64,000 bases of DNA from Vicugna vicugna (Eukaryota), in contig MU058451.1 of NCBI GenBank assembly GCA_013265495.1, positions 2,351,305 through 2,415,304 of the forward strand, written 5' to 3'. The position numbers and the translations under genes were made by a program. Below, one piece after another: positions 24,601-37,535 of the stretch. Below the pieces are notes generated by a model. The model searched no databases. It saw nothing but the letters and a program-made list of their open reading frames with translations, and was not told where the DNA came from. How positions within the stretch are numbered: position 1 is the stretch's first letter; the number at the start of each line of letters is the position of its first letter.

Positions 24601-25299
24601 TGATATTCTAAGAAACGAGGTAAGGACCATTGTAGTGATGGCATGTTTGTAACCAGACAGAACAGAGGGATAAGCAGCCTTTTCCATAATGGCTGGGGGA
24701 CAGGGCCACTTACAGTTCTTTCTCTCTACTGCCAAGCAGCTTTCCAACAAACGCCAAGCCCAGTGCAGGTCTGATGCCTCAGAGGCGTCTCACCATCCTT
24801 GGTTCCCCTGACTTCTGACACTGGGTGTGCCGCTCTGGGTCACCGGCTGACTTCTTCTGCCAGCTTCCCCTGGTTCCCTGAGGAGTCTAGAGGAGGGGGT
24901 GCAGCATGAGGAGTACGGGGAATGTGGAATCCCTTTGTCAGAAATATTTCTCTGGCCTGTGGGTCATTCTCACCAGAAGAGTCCCAAAAGGCATTCGGAG
25001 CCGTAGATATTTGGCTTTATGGAGAAGGCACCTCAAAGATGATGATCCTATTGTCTGAGTAGCCCTCAGGGGCTTCCTGCAGGTTCTCCCTGCCCCAGGT
25101 CTCTGAGAACATTCGTCTGGAGTAATAGTTATTTGTATGCATGTTTTATAACTGCCTTTGAGAAACCAAAATTCCATGATGCACAACAGGACTGTGCCTT
25201 AGTCATCTCAGCCTCTTCCTTTTCTCAGCACTAAGTATCTGGCACATCATAGCTGACCCACAACTACTGATTAATTCATTGATTGGCTTTTGGTCAATA

Positions 25300-25545
25300 A
25301 TAAGTCATGTTTATCAAGTACTTAGTCTGTGCCACATATAGTTTGAAAGACTCCATGTGCATTAACTCATAAAACTCATTTATCTAACCCACATAGCAAC
25401 ACTGCCACCCTCACTTTACAGCTGCAGAAAGTGGGGCTTGGAAAAGGTAAAGTCACTTACCTAAACATATACAAGGGTCTAGTAGAAAAGCCAAGAGTTG
25501 AACCAGGCAGTCTGACTCTGGAACCCTAACTCTTAACCATCCCCA
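25300..25545 (-). mobile_element. MIR SINE
   Basis: tttatcaagtacttagtctgtgcca...ttgaaccaggcagtctgactctggaaccctaactcttaaccat. Confidence 0.75.
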
Positions 25546-25958
25546 GCACTGCTTTCTTGGTAAAAGGTGGATCGGGGTTATACCAGTGGTTGGGAAGGCT
25601 GGTGGCAGTGGAGGGAGCTGTGGTTGTGGAGGGGATGGTGGCTCATAAAGCCTCAGCTACACAGGGATTGACCCCAGAAAAAGGAAACATGCAAGCTGGG
25701 TTCCTGCAGCACTTTGGTTATCGGTTGGCCGGCCCAGGTCACCAGATTAAAGAAAGCAGGAGTCCAGGGTAGACATCTTTCTAATATCAAAACCTGAGTC
25801 ATTGGCCTGAGTTTCCCTACGATGCTTCTCAAAAGCACGGTGGAAGCCAGAGGAGCTGAAATCAGTTCCTAATGAAATGTATCTATTTCTGTCTCCTGGC
25901 TTCTTTTCCCTCAGTATCTGGTTGCCATGTCATCTTCCCAGTTGGACTGAAGGCTCTT

Positions 25959-26137
25959 TTTTTTAAAAAAATCATTTTATTTATTTACTTATAAATTTTA
26001 TTTTATTTTAATTTTTGGAGGGAGGTAATTATGTTATTTATTTATATTTATTTATTTTAATGGAGGTACTGGGGATTGAACCCAGGACCTTGTGCATGTT
26101 AAGCATGTGCTCTACCACTGAGCTGTACCCTCCCCCC
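25959..26137 (-). mobile_element. Vic-1-type SINE
   Basis: tggaggtactggggattgaacccaggaccttgtgcatgttaagcatgtgctctaccactgagctgtaccctcccc with (TTTA)n; TSD-like gactgaaggctcttt/gactggaagttcttt. Confidence 0.9.
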
Positions 26138-28009
26138 AGACTGGAAGTTCTTTGAGGGTAGAGACATCACTTTAAGCTTCAGTTGGTTCCCCACAATGAC
26201 TAACTCAAGGATGGAGACTCAATCCATATCTGCTGATTGGTGGATAGATTACGATTTGGTGAAGGTCAGAAACTAAAAGGCAAGATATGTTTAGCCAGAC
26301 ATTTTCATGCAAGTGGTGTCTTCTCCTAAGACAGAGGCAGTGGCTGCAGTGGGGCTGGACACTTGAAGAGCTATTGTGCATTAAATCGTGATGACTGTGG
26401 AAGCAACTCTAGTCCCAGGCAGAAAAAAATCCCCCAAAACAAGCAAACAAAAAAGTCCTGACCCTCCCTGATACCATCAGCTAAATTCTCCATGGTGTGC
26501 GCGTCCAGCCCTGACCTTTGCCAAACTGGGAGCTTGAAAATCACCTCAAGCCGGTGAAGAGGAATGGACTTCCTCCCCCTGTACTCTGGGATGACGAGGA
26601 CGAGCGGCCAGACACCTTTCTGGAAAATGACTACCTGTGTAGAGGATTTAGGGCAGGCGCAAGAGGAAACAGAAGATGTTGACTGCTCATTCCTGAAGCT
26701 CAGATGGCAGCATTACAGACAGACCTACCTGCCGGGAACACTTAGTCTGTTCCGATCACAAGTGCCTTCTCCAGAACTTCCCACTTCCCCATTTTTCTCC
26801 GATGCGGCTTGGCTTATCTTACCCCCTTTATTTTTGAATCCAGATTTCCGATACTTTCTGTTGTCTGCTCCTTCCCACTCTCTAAAATATCCAAGCCTCT
26901 TCCCTTCTTTGAGTTCCCTTGAAAACTTATGAGTAAAGTTTGAAAGAAAATTAGACCAAGATTGCCTCCATGTCTACCCACCACAGCTGTAAGAATCAGA
27001 AATGCCCTTGCATTTGAAGTCCACTCAGGCTAACAAAGGCGGGGGGATGACTGCCAGTCTTCCGGTTCTGTAGACATCACTGAGGCTGGCAGACCACTCT
27101 ATTGCCTAATTTTCTCATTATTTGTGCTGAAGGAAAGGAGGCTTTTAAAAACATACTAATTGGGGATCACTGGGAAGTTTAAATTTTCTTCTTCTGGGTA
27201 GTTTTGTGACTCATTCAGAGATAGCTCTGTGGTTCATCAGACCCTTGAAACTAAAGGCTGAAAGGATTAAAGAAAACCAAACAAAACAGTCTAGCCTTCA
27301 TCTATGACCAGTCTATGACTTCTGGGAGACTATTACTCACTTATTTAAGGTTCACTGTTTACATCGGAAGCACATGATTATAAAGAGCCTTGCCCCCTGG
27401 GGAGCGGTCCGGGCAGGTATCTATTGGATTGTCTCCCAAAACAGTGATTCTCTCTTCTCCGATGACTCCTCCGCCCTGTTCCAAAGGGGTAAGAGTTGGG
27501 GCAGCTATATTTGAACAATGTGGGCCAGGGGTGAACACCTTGTCCAAAGTGAGCTAATCAGGTTCTTCCTACAACTTCGGGAATGAAATCAAGAGAGGAG
27601 CTTCAGTGTTCCTTCCGTGGCTGTAAACGTGGGTTCTACTGGTAGCTGTGTTTGCCAATGCGTGTACTTGAGAAGCGAGAGCCCGTGTGGAGAGAGAGAA
27701 ATGATTCACACGTTCGGAGGGAGGAGGGACTGGAGAGAGAGGGAGAAAGAGAGCTTCCTGGCTTCCCCACAGCCTTCCGCTTCCTGGCTGCAATTCATTT
27801 CTGCATCTCTGCCCTTAGGTTCTGCACGACAGCCCTGCAGCCTTCTAACACATCTCCCATTGCTGGTTGAGCAGGCTTTTATCATTCACAACCAAAGAAT
27901 CCTAACTGATAGGAACAGCACTTTTCCTAGCAGGTATTTGGTTTTAGAAATTCACGTATTGGAGATAAGGTGTGAACAGAGGAATACATTTAGAGCTGTT
28001 ATGCTCTTC

Positions 28010-28130
28010 GTGGACATCATTTTACAGATGTGGAAACTGAGGCCCAGGAAGGCTAAATCCCTTGCCAAGGGCACACTGGTGCCTGAACCAGGTCTCTGGA
28101 CTCCTGATTCCTAGACCCGGGCTCTTTCCC
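28010..28130 (-). mobile_element. MIR core fragment
   Basis: cattttacagatgtggaaactgaggcccaggaaggctaaatcccttgccaagggcacac. Confidence 0.75.
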
Positions 28131-29385
28131 TCAAACCCACTAATTTTGCTTGAAGTCTTGTGTTTACTTTTGCAACCTGTACACTTTAAAAAATAGAACA
28201 TCTACTCCTGCATATTCTCATCCCTACAGTTTTGGAGGAAAAGTTGAAACTCAAAGATGTTAAATGACTGCAACAGGATGACCCATTAACAGAAGCTAAA
28301 CTAGAAGTTTATTCCCAGGGCAGAAGGTCCCCCACCCAATAGGCCAGACTTCTCTGTTGGGGCATCCAGGTCACCTTGACCCGGTTAGCCTGGCACAGCC
28401 ATCAGGGCAGTGGTTGGTCTTAGGGTCGTTCATCTATTTGTTAACTGTTTATCAAGTACTTACCATATTAAGGTGGGCATCACTCCAGACTGGAGATGCA
28501 GTGCGGGAAAAATTCAGTTGGCCAGCCTCCTGAGTGTAGGTGAGTTTCCAGAGCTTTACCTAGTAAATGTGGATTGGGGGCCTGGGTGGGGTCAGTCAGT
28601 GGACGTGTGGGGTGTGTGGAGGTGAAAGATGTACTACTAGAGTCAAAGCGTGGTGGCTTTTTGATGGTGTCACCAGAATACAGCATGGTACCCAAAGCAG
28701 AGTGAGACGAGTGAGGGAACGAGGAGGAACTGAGAGAGACAAGTCGGTAAACAAGGAGCTACAACACATCATGCTCACCTCTCATGCTCACTTCTCGGTC
28801 TGCCTTTCCCTCCAGCTAGAATGTGGGTTCTTGCTGGAGAAGAAGCTTCATCTGTTTATTTATTTTCTGCATTCCCAGCACACATCAGAGCGTGCTGGGG
28901 CTCCAGTCAAGGGAGCGTTTCGTTATGTGAAGGAAAGCCTCCCCTACAAGACAGTTTCTCACGAGTCCCAGCAAGGTGAGATGGACCTTGGGGAGTGCTT
29001 GCCAGAAACTGACAGTCGGGTTTGCCTGAGTCTAAGGAAGTCTTTGCTTTGAGTCAGACAGTACAACGTCCCTCCTCACGAGACACTTCTCTGTTACTGT
29101 GGAAAGACAGGAACGTATCTGGGGGTGAGGACTGAATTGAATCGGCTGGCCTAGGGAAGGGAGATAAATGCAGAAATGGGAAGATGGGGGCAGGATGGTG
29201 GGTCTTCATGGATCCAAAGTCCTCTGAACTAAGGGGTTTTTGGACTCGCCATGTTTTTAGGTAAGAAATGCTACAGTTCCCCTGGGGTTGAAGGTATAAT
29301 ATCTTATCAACCATAATGTCATATCTTACTACCAGTGTCTCTGTGTGTCAGGCGAAGCAATGAGATTTAAAATGTGCTTCTTCAG

Positions 29386-29643
29386 GGGTGGGGGTTGGGA
29401 AGGGACAGACTGGGAGTTCAAAATTTGTAGATACTGACAGGCATATGCAGAACAGATAAACAAGATCATACTGTATAGCACAGGGAAATATATAGAAGAT
29501 CTTCTGGTAGCTCACATCACAAGGGACAATGGATATATGTATGTTCATGTATAACTGAAAAATTGTGCTCTACACTGGAATTTGACACAACATTGTAAAA
29601 TGACTATAACTCAATAAAAAAAAGTTTAAAAAATAAAAGCAAA
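29386..29643 (+). mobile_element. 5'-truncated lineage-specific L1 3' end
   Basis: L1 3' UTR with G-rich start, AATAAA and A-rich tail; 18-bp TSD taaaatgt(g/a)cttcttcag at 29368-29385 and 29644-29661. Confidence 0.9.
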
Positions 29644-31259
29644 TAAAATGTACTTCTTCAGCTGATTTATCTATCCATTTGATAGCTCATTCATTTGTCC
29701 ATTTATTCTCCTATTCACTGTATCATATACACATGTATTAGGTACCTATATCATGGTGGAGGGAGATGTGGGGAGAGTCAGAGGAAAATTCGTATGCGAC
29801 TTAGCCGTTACTGACTTGTTAGCTCTGAGTGCAACACTGTTAGGTTTTCTACCATTCTTGACTGTAATGATCACAAGTGGCCTTTGGAAATTAAAAGTTA
29901 CAGAACCAACTCTGGACAGTTGCACTGACAACTGACCAGCAGCAGGATTTAAACACCAATCAATTGGTCTAGACCACATTTCCAAGGTCACTAGAAGTCC
30001 TGAAAACCTCTTATAATGTAAGTTTTTCACTAATCCATTTTTATTGCATGGTGCAGGAAATTGGTTGAAGCTGTCAAAAAACAAAAAATCACTGTTGAGA
30101 GATTTGCTGGGGAGGCTATGAGGACAACCCAGAGAGGTCACCCCAGAAGAGGGGACGAGAGTCCTTATCACAGCCTGAAGGGAGGTGTCTCACCATTTCT
30201 CTTTGGCAAGTGGTGCTGGAAAGGGCTGGTCAGAGTTCCAAAGTGCAATATTGTATTTCCAATTAAAATGTAAAAACAAACCTTTTTTTCATAAAATGCA
30301 TTGGCCTCAGCACTGGGAAGTGACTACAAAGCCCAGTGCTGATTGAGAAAAGCTGAAAGCAGACACTGTAATTGATAAAGGAGATAAGTCAATCTGTGTC
30401 CTTTAAAGAATAATGAGTTCCATTTTTCATCAAAAAGATCTCCTTGGGCCGAAGAAACATTCTTTCAATAAATCTACTTAATGGTTTCCCCTCGAATGAT
30501 ATATAACATTGCGAGGGACAGCAGGCCACCCATCATTTGCATTTGCTAATTCAACCCAAAGAAAACCCAAATGCTTCCCAGGAAGGGCTGCCATTCTGGG
30601 CAAAATGTCTAAAGGCCTTCCTGGGCTCTTCAAGCAGGAAGATGGGATGGGATTTTGAATAAACATCCTATCACTAAACCTGAGATCCTCTGTGGATTTC
30701 CATCCCCATCCCCCACCCCGCCCCTGTGGGCTCAGCTTTGAGGGTGACTCCGTCAGACAGTTCCCGAGTTAGATGCCTCAGATACTTGGGTTGTGAGAAC
30801 TGATTAGCTTTGTTTGTTCCCTGAGCTCATCACTCTCCCACAGCCCTGACAGCCTCGGTGTTGTGGGGACCGTGGGCTGTGGGAGGTTGTCTGTGTTTAT
30901 TGCATTTGGGAAACTGAAGATGCACTTTAAAGATCCTGCCTGAGGTCTTGTTGCAGACAGGCCTGCTCCCCGCCCCTCCCCTCCGAGGGCCGGAGCCTCA
31001 GGTGGTGAAGGCTCTAGGGGAGAAAGGGCCTGCCCCCTTCTGAGGGAATGATCTAGGGCCCCCACGCCTCGTGGCGGGCTGCAGAACTTACTGCTCAACT
31101 CGGCTGATCTTCATGAACCCCGACTTAACAAATGCGTCATCATTTCCACGAGGACCCGGCTTTCTGTCACCAAACCTATTTCCTCCCAGGGCACCCAGCC
31201 CTCTCAGGACGGGCGGACTTCCCCACATGGGAATCGTTAAAAACAACCCTAGAGTTATT

Positions 31260-31660
31260 TCCTTATGTTGCTGTTTGTTTATTCTCCAGTCGCGTGTGAG
31301 TCAGGCAGACCATGATTTGTGGCAGTTTTGCTTGTGAAATCTTACATAATTATATTCCTATTGTCATGTTGGGTCGAGCAGTTAGACCAGAGAGTGTTTT
31401 CTCATTGCACAACGTTGGCAAATCAATAAGGAGAAAGCCTGAACAATGAGATGACGTTGGCTGGTCAGGAACCCGGCTCCGAGGCACCCGGGAGGTGGCC
31501 CTGCAGTTTCACAGAGACGGCCGGTGACAGGAGAAGCCTGTCTTCAACGTCACTGCTGTGCAGGGTGATGAGGCCGGGCAATGGCCTTTGGGATGGGTGA
31601 CACAGAGGTGATATTTAAGAGGTGAGAGCTAGGCAAGGAAAGAACCACAATAACAACACT
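31260..31660. promoter_or_regulatory. Candidate enhancer with AP-1, C/EBP, FOX and RUNX motifs
   Basis: TGAGTCA 31297-31303, TTGTGAAAT 31332-31340, TTACATAAT 31342-31350, ATTGCACAAC 31404-31413 and AACCACA 31643-31649, in repeat-free DNA. Confidence 0.45.
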
Positions 31661-34600
31661 TCACACAGAAACCGACCAAATTTTTACTGCATTGGCTCCA
31701 CGCTGGATTCCAACATGCTGGTCCAGAGCGTGGCTGGCTACAAGCGGGCGAGACCTCTACGGCTCCTCCGACGGGCTGGCCCTTCCCCACCAGGTACATG
31801 ATTCATTTTGATCCCACTCACTATCCCAAGTGCAGAGGCAGTTATCAAAAACACTTTGGATGCAAACAGTGAGTGGCTACGACACACGAATGGGGTGGGT
31901 GCGCTTTCCACCACGTGGTGGGACGTGGAATCCACAGAAATGGTCAAAGAGGCAAGACGCCTCATGAGTGGCTAATAGGGTGACGGAGCTCAAAACCCAC
32001 AATTGGTTTGTTTGTTTTCTCTTTGAACTCCTGGAGTATATGGAAACTAATTGCTCCTAACATCATTTCATGTTTCTAATCAAACGTCTGACCCGACGTC
32101 AACCACGTTTGTGTGCGTACGACTTTGAGCAGTGCGCCTTGAAGTGACCCATACTGATCTAGGATGAAGGTTACAAGTCTCTGCATAAAAAGAGAAACCG
32201 TGTGACTCTATATGAAGACAACAACCATCACATTCCACAGCACAGCATTGGTTAATCTTTGAGTCGTCAAGCATTGTTTAAAATGAGAGAGAGAATATAA
32301 CTGAACACAAGCGCCACGACAAGACAGTCATCACACGGAACCCGACCCGATTTCTCTATGACTCACTTAAACATTTTACCTGTTTCTAACACTTTTCGTT
32401 AATTGTTATTTTAAGCTCCGGTAGCAGGATCAGACTTCTGCTGCCTCTGGGCAAACGAGTTATGATCTGACCTCAAGTTCCAAGGGAAAGGCTCAAAGTT
32501 TTCTTTTTTCCCCTCAGTTGAATAAACAGGACTATGTCTATTATCTCTCGTGTTAGAATAGTGTTGTCTTCACATGAGACTCAAATCACGGTATTAGTCA
32601 TTCATTTCCTTGAACACAAACACCCTCATGCGTGCTGACAGGTTTATAAGGATGCGGTGGCAGCCGTGGTTCTGGGAGCTGCTAGATGACCGACCTTGCT
32701 TTCTTGCAGTCCTGAGCGAGGGAGCCCGGGTGTGTCTGGTTATTGTCTGCTTTCTCTCCCGGATGCTGGGCTTGTCTGGAAGATTAATACATTAACAAGA
32801 GCTGAAGGTCCAGGGTTGCAAGTCTTCAGACATGTTTATTAGCAGATGGCACACGGGATTCAAAGGTCACCACAAAAGTGACATTTTAAAGTGAAACAAC
32901 AATATTTATGTTCAGATAGCCCACTGATGAGATCATGTGGAAATGGTTTTGATTAAATTAGCTTATAAATGGTTGCCGATCTATAGACAACTTAAAATGC
33001 CACGTCTGTTTACCAAATGTTTTCTTCTCACGCTCTCACCTTTTAAATATGAATGACCAAATGCTAGGGGCTTTGGGGGGAGGGAAGGGACGGGGGCTGG
33101 TAAGCTTATTTAACTGCCAGATAAGTATATCTGGTTTTGACTTCCTGGGTTATCTAATTTCTTTTTTCATTCTAAAAATATTATCTCCTGTGTGTGTTCT
33201 GAAATCTCACCTGCTATTATTCCTGCTTTGAAAGAGTTTGGATCCCACTATTGGAAATACAATGGCTCACCATTGCTTTAGTATAAATTGGGTCTCTGGA
33301 GAGACCTAAAATTCAGTCTCTCAGATCAAACCTTATGTTCAATATCATAAAAGAGGTATGAGCTGGATTTCAGAAATACTTACTAAAGCTGCATTTTGGC
33401 CTCTGCAGCCTCCGGGAGCCACACCTTTGTGGCAATGCCCGCCTGTGTTTCATATAACAGTGTGAAAAACAAAACTCAGCCAAGGGGAGGGAACCCTCCT
33501 CTCAACTTGCTTGCTTCCTTCCTTCCTCTCTCCCTCCCTCCCTCCTTCCCTCTCTTTTTTTTTCTCTCTCTGTTGTGCCCACAACTTAGCAGGAATGTGA
33601 GTGAAAATTTTTACCTCAGAAAATGATTTAGTCAGAGAATGCTCAACAGTCTGAAATGAAAATCCATCTTTTGCAAGTTTTGCAACACTCCACGGTCAAC
33701 AAAACTCAAATACATATTTCCAGCGAAGGCATTAAAAAGCAGAAATAATTCTCAACCAGTAGATTAAAATTTTCAGAGACATATTGATAGGAAACGAACA
33801 TGACCATATATACACTGTTTCTCATTTATTTACATGTAATGGTATTATGAATAATTTTGTCAGAGATAGCTAAATTTGAGTATATCTTGTCTTCTGTTTT
33901 AACCTTATCTGCATATCTTAGTTTTCAAACAGTTGCCAAATTACCCATGTAAGAATATGACAGAAGATTTACTCACTTTTCAAGAGAACCTTTCTCAATA
34001 TTCATTGCCCCTTCCATTGGGTCCAATCCTTGTTCAGAAAATTGTTTCAAGGCACTTAAAGCTGCCTAAAAGTGAAAACAAACACACAAACAAGGAGATC
34101 CATTCATTGACTCTAATGTAAGAAACAGGTATGTAACTGAAAAAGAAAGCTGCGCTATACAGTAAAGGCTGTCATTTTCATTAGTTTAACTAAATGCTTT
34201 TTTTGTATCATTTACCAAAATTACATTTGAGAGGCTGCGTTATGATGGAGCAATGTATATACTATGACGACTTTATTTTTGTGCGTTGAGCAAGCGGGGG
34301 CGGGGGGAGGTGGAGAGAGGGTTCTCCATAAATGTCATGACTTATCCATAATTTTGCAAAATCAACATTTTATCTGAAAAACATAGAAACACCTAGTATG
34401 ATGAGCCTGTCACTCTTTGATGATGATTTTTCATCATTTCTCTTCCCATTACTGAAACACCACCTTCTTTTCCTCCAGATGGGAGAACATAAGATTTTTT
34501 CCCCCCAGCTTTCCAAAGTTAGCATAAATGGGTTGCTCAATTTTGTAGACATTTAGCCCCAACCAGGTCCCAGAGTGTGGGCCAAGAAGCGTTCTGAAGA

Positions 34601-35129
34601 CACTCTTGCATGCCGAGGGGGTGGTACGATGGAGGAGAGGGAAAACGTGTGCTGCTGGGGCCCCAGGGAGGCAGGTCTGGCTGCTGCTGAGCCTCCTGAG
34701 GTGTTGATATGCCGGGGTGCGTGGGATGCCGAAGGGTGTTGACAGGCTGGTGGAGCCTCACAGGATAGCTGGGAGGCACCGAAAAATGTGATGCCGATAA
34801 GATCTGCATAACTTGTTGACACTCTTGTGCATGTTCCAAATTGCTATTTCTTTTGAGTAAGAATTTGGTTCTTCTTCCTCCCATCCCCACCCCCCACCAC
34901 TTTTCAGCTCGATGAGAAGGGCTTTGTTGAGTCTGAGCGAGGTGTGAGCGGCCAGGGGTGTCTGCATCTTGGAGATCCTGCTGGGTCACACTTTGGTCGT
35001 CTGTATCTTCTCAACTGCCTTTGAAAAAGAAGTGACTCTTGCAATTGCTCCAACTTTTCTCTGCCAGGGGCCCCTTTTGGGTAACTGCCTAAAGTGCATG
35101 ATCTTGTCTACATTTCTTTATTCATGATA

Positions 35130-35820
35130 TTTCTTTTTGGTTTTGACTTTTAAGTTTTTAGTAGATTTTATTTTTTTTAAAGCAGTCTTCAGTTTACAGA
35201 AAAATGGAGCAGGTAGTACAGAGTTTCCAGGTACCCTGTTCCCTTCAACTCTCAACACTGTTTTCCCCATTATTCGTGTCCTGCATCACCTAGATTCAGT
35301 TGTTACAACTGATGGAATATTTATTACAGCTGATGGAATATTGATACATTACCATTAGCGAAAGTCCATAGTTAACATTGGGGTTCATTCTGGGTTGTCA
35401 TGTGTCCACCATTACAGTATCATACAGAATAATTTCACTGCCCTAAAAATCCCCTGTGCTCCACCTCATCATCTCTCTCCCCTTTCCCCCTAGTCTCCTG
35501 GCAACCATCAATTTTTTTTTTAACAATGTCTATAGTTTTGCCTTTTTGAGACTGTCATATAACTGGAATCATACAGTATGTAGCCTTTTCAGATTCATGT
35601 CTTTCACTTAGCAAGGTGCATTTAAAGTTCCTCCATGTCCTTTCACGGCTTGATAGCTCATTGCTTTTTATTGCTGAGTAATATTCCATTGTCTGGGTGT
35701 CCCACAGTTTGTTTATCCATTCACACCTTGAAGGATGTCTTGGTTGCTTCCAGCTTTTGATGATAACAAATAAAGCAGCTATCAACATCTGGGTGCAGAT
35801 TTTTGTGTAATATTTGTAAT
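35130..35820 (-). mobile_element. L1MB/L1MC-type 3' fragment
   Basis: agtttacagaaaaatggagcaggtagtacagagttt...; ORF 35555-35878 resembles the L1 ORF2 end (CTQMLIAALFVIIKSWKQP..EWINKLW). Confidence 0.85.
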
Positions 35821-36218
35821 GTTTTTCCCCCTTCTCTCTTGATCTTTCTATTTTTAAAATTTCAACCCCTATATTCAACCAAAAGGAACAATATCTTCTT
35901 TACTTATTCTTTAGGCTACTCCTTTCCTTTATGACTTCTAAGCTGGTCTCCCCGGTTCAGACGCGCTAAACTGAATGTTCTCTCATGCCTGAAGCCCCAG
36001 ACTGCGTGGACTGAGGCAGGCAGGGGCCACACTCAAGCTCTCTGTTTCACCATTCTCTCTTGAACCTGGAGTCCTGCAGGGATGTCAGTGCTCCACCCCA
36101 CTATCCCTGACCTTGGCCCAGGCTCCTACCATACAGCAGCTGGTGTAGGTAGATCGTGGTGGCAGGTGAGCACCAACTCCAGCTGAGTAGGAGCAGTGTG
36201 GCCATCTCATTGGGGAAC

Positions 36219-36675
36219 TGTTATTGGTTGAACTGTGTTATCTCCTTCAAATTCATTTGTTGAAGTCCTCACCGCTAGTACTCAGAATGTGGCCTTATTT
36301 GGACATAGAGTCATTGCAGATATAATGAATTAAGATGAAGTCATACCAGGGTAGGGTGGGCCCAGACCCAATACAACCAACGTCCTTATAAAAAAGAGGA
36401 ATTTGAAAACAGAAACACACGCAGAGAGAACACCATGTGTGGAAGAAGACAAGACTGGAGTGATGCAGCAGAAGCAAGGGACACCAAAGGCGGACAGCAA
36501 ACCCCAGAAACGAGGAGTGAGGGGAACAGATTTCTCCCGCAGGGCCCTCAGAAAGAACTGACCCTGCCAACACCTTGACCGTGGACTTCTAGCCTCCAGA
36601 ACTGAGAGACAATAAATTCCTGGTGGATTTATCATTGGTGGTCCTTTGTTTTGGCAGCCCTAACAAATGAATACA
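36219..36675 (+). mobile_element. MLT1B/C-like MaLR solo LTR
   Basis: tgttattggttgaactgtg...ggacttctagcctccagaactgagagacaataaatt...ggcagccctaacaaatgaataca. Confidence 0.85.
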
Positions 36676-36744
36676 GGTGTATCATCTTCCCTCTTTAGGG
36701 CTTGTGGAACCTCTTTTTCCTCTCTCTGATGTTTCCTTGTAGTA

Positions 36745-37260
36745 TATTTTTATTATAAAAATAGTTTTTCATTAAAGAAAAATCATAACATGTAGACAAA
36801 GAAAAAGAATGTGAAAATATTCACAATCTTACCCGCCACTCACAACTTGGTCTACGTCTGTCCGTATTCTTTTCTAGCCACCCCCGCAAATGTACATGCT
36901 TTAACCTGGATCGTATCCCAGCACTGTTTTAGGATCTCCTCTTTTCAATGAACATGAGCCATTTTCCATACCAACAGAAACAGTTCAGTAGCATCATTTT
37001 GCAGGACGGACAGCAGCTTGCTGATTTTACATGCCTTTCCGTATTGAGCCAATCCCAATGGCGGGACATTGAGGCCACACCCAAATTTTAAGCTGTTGTT
37101 TACTCTGCATCAACCTTCCTAGCAGTTAAGTCTCTGCCAGCCATCTCAATAATTTCCTTGTGATAAATTCCTAGAAATTGAATTTCTGGGCCAAAGGGCA
37201 TGCACATTTGTAAAAACCTGATATGAACTTCCTTCTGCCTCAGAGAGGTTGTGCCCCACC
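36745..37260 (-). mobile_element. Old L1ME-like fragment
   Basis: atttccttgtgataaattcctagaaattgaatttctgggccaaagggcatgcacattt. Confidence 0.6.
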
Positions 37261-37399
37261 AGTTCTCTGATGAGCAGCATCTGTTTCTCTAGGTGCTTTA
37301 CGATCACCTCTCAGAACCTTTCTGGTGAGGGGCGTGGTCATTCAAGCAAACCAGTTTTGCCATTTTACGGCCCCACTTAACTTTTCATTTGTTTACCCT

Positions 37400-37486
37400 G
37401 ATCATTTACCTTATTCACTAGACTTGGCTTTGAGTGAAGACTGGTTGCTTTCATAAGTTAAATTCACCCTCAAAAGACTCAGGTTT
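37400..37486 (+). mobile_element. Mariner transposase fossil (MARNA-like)
   Basis: Translates to DHLPYSLDLALSEDWLLS*VKFTLKRLRF, resembling mariner HPPYSPDLAP.D.WLF..K..LKG.RF. Confidence 0.65.
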
Positions 37487-37535
37487 GGACAATCCTCTTC
37501 CTCAAAAAAGTAATCCTCAGAGAGGTTTGACTTTT

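Noticed and set aside
35303..35342. 21-bp-period duplication ttaca(a/g)ctgatggaatatt
   Set aside because: An ordinary small duplication inside an L1 fossil.
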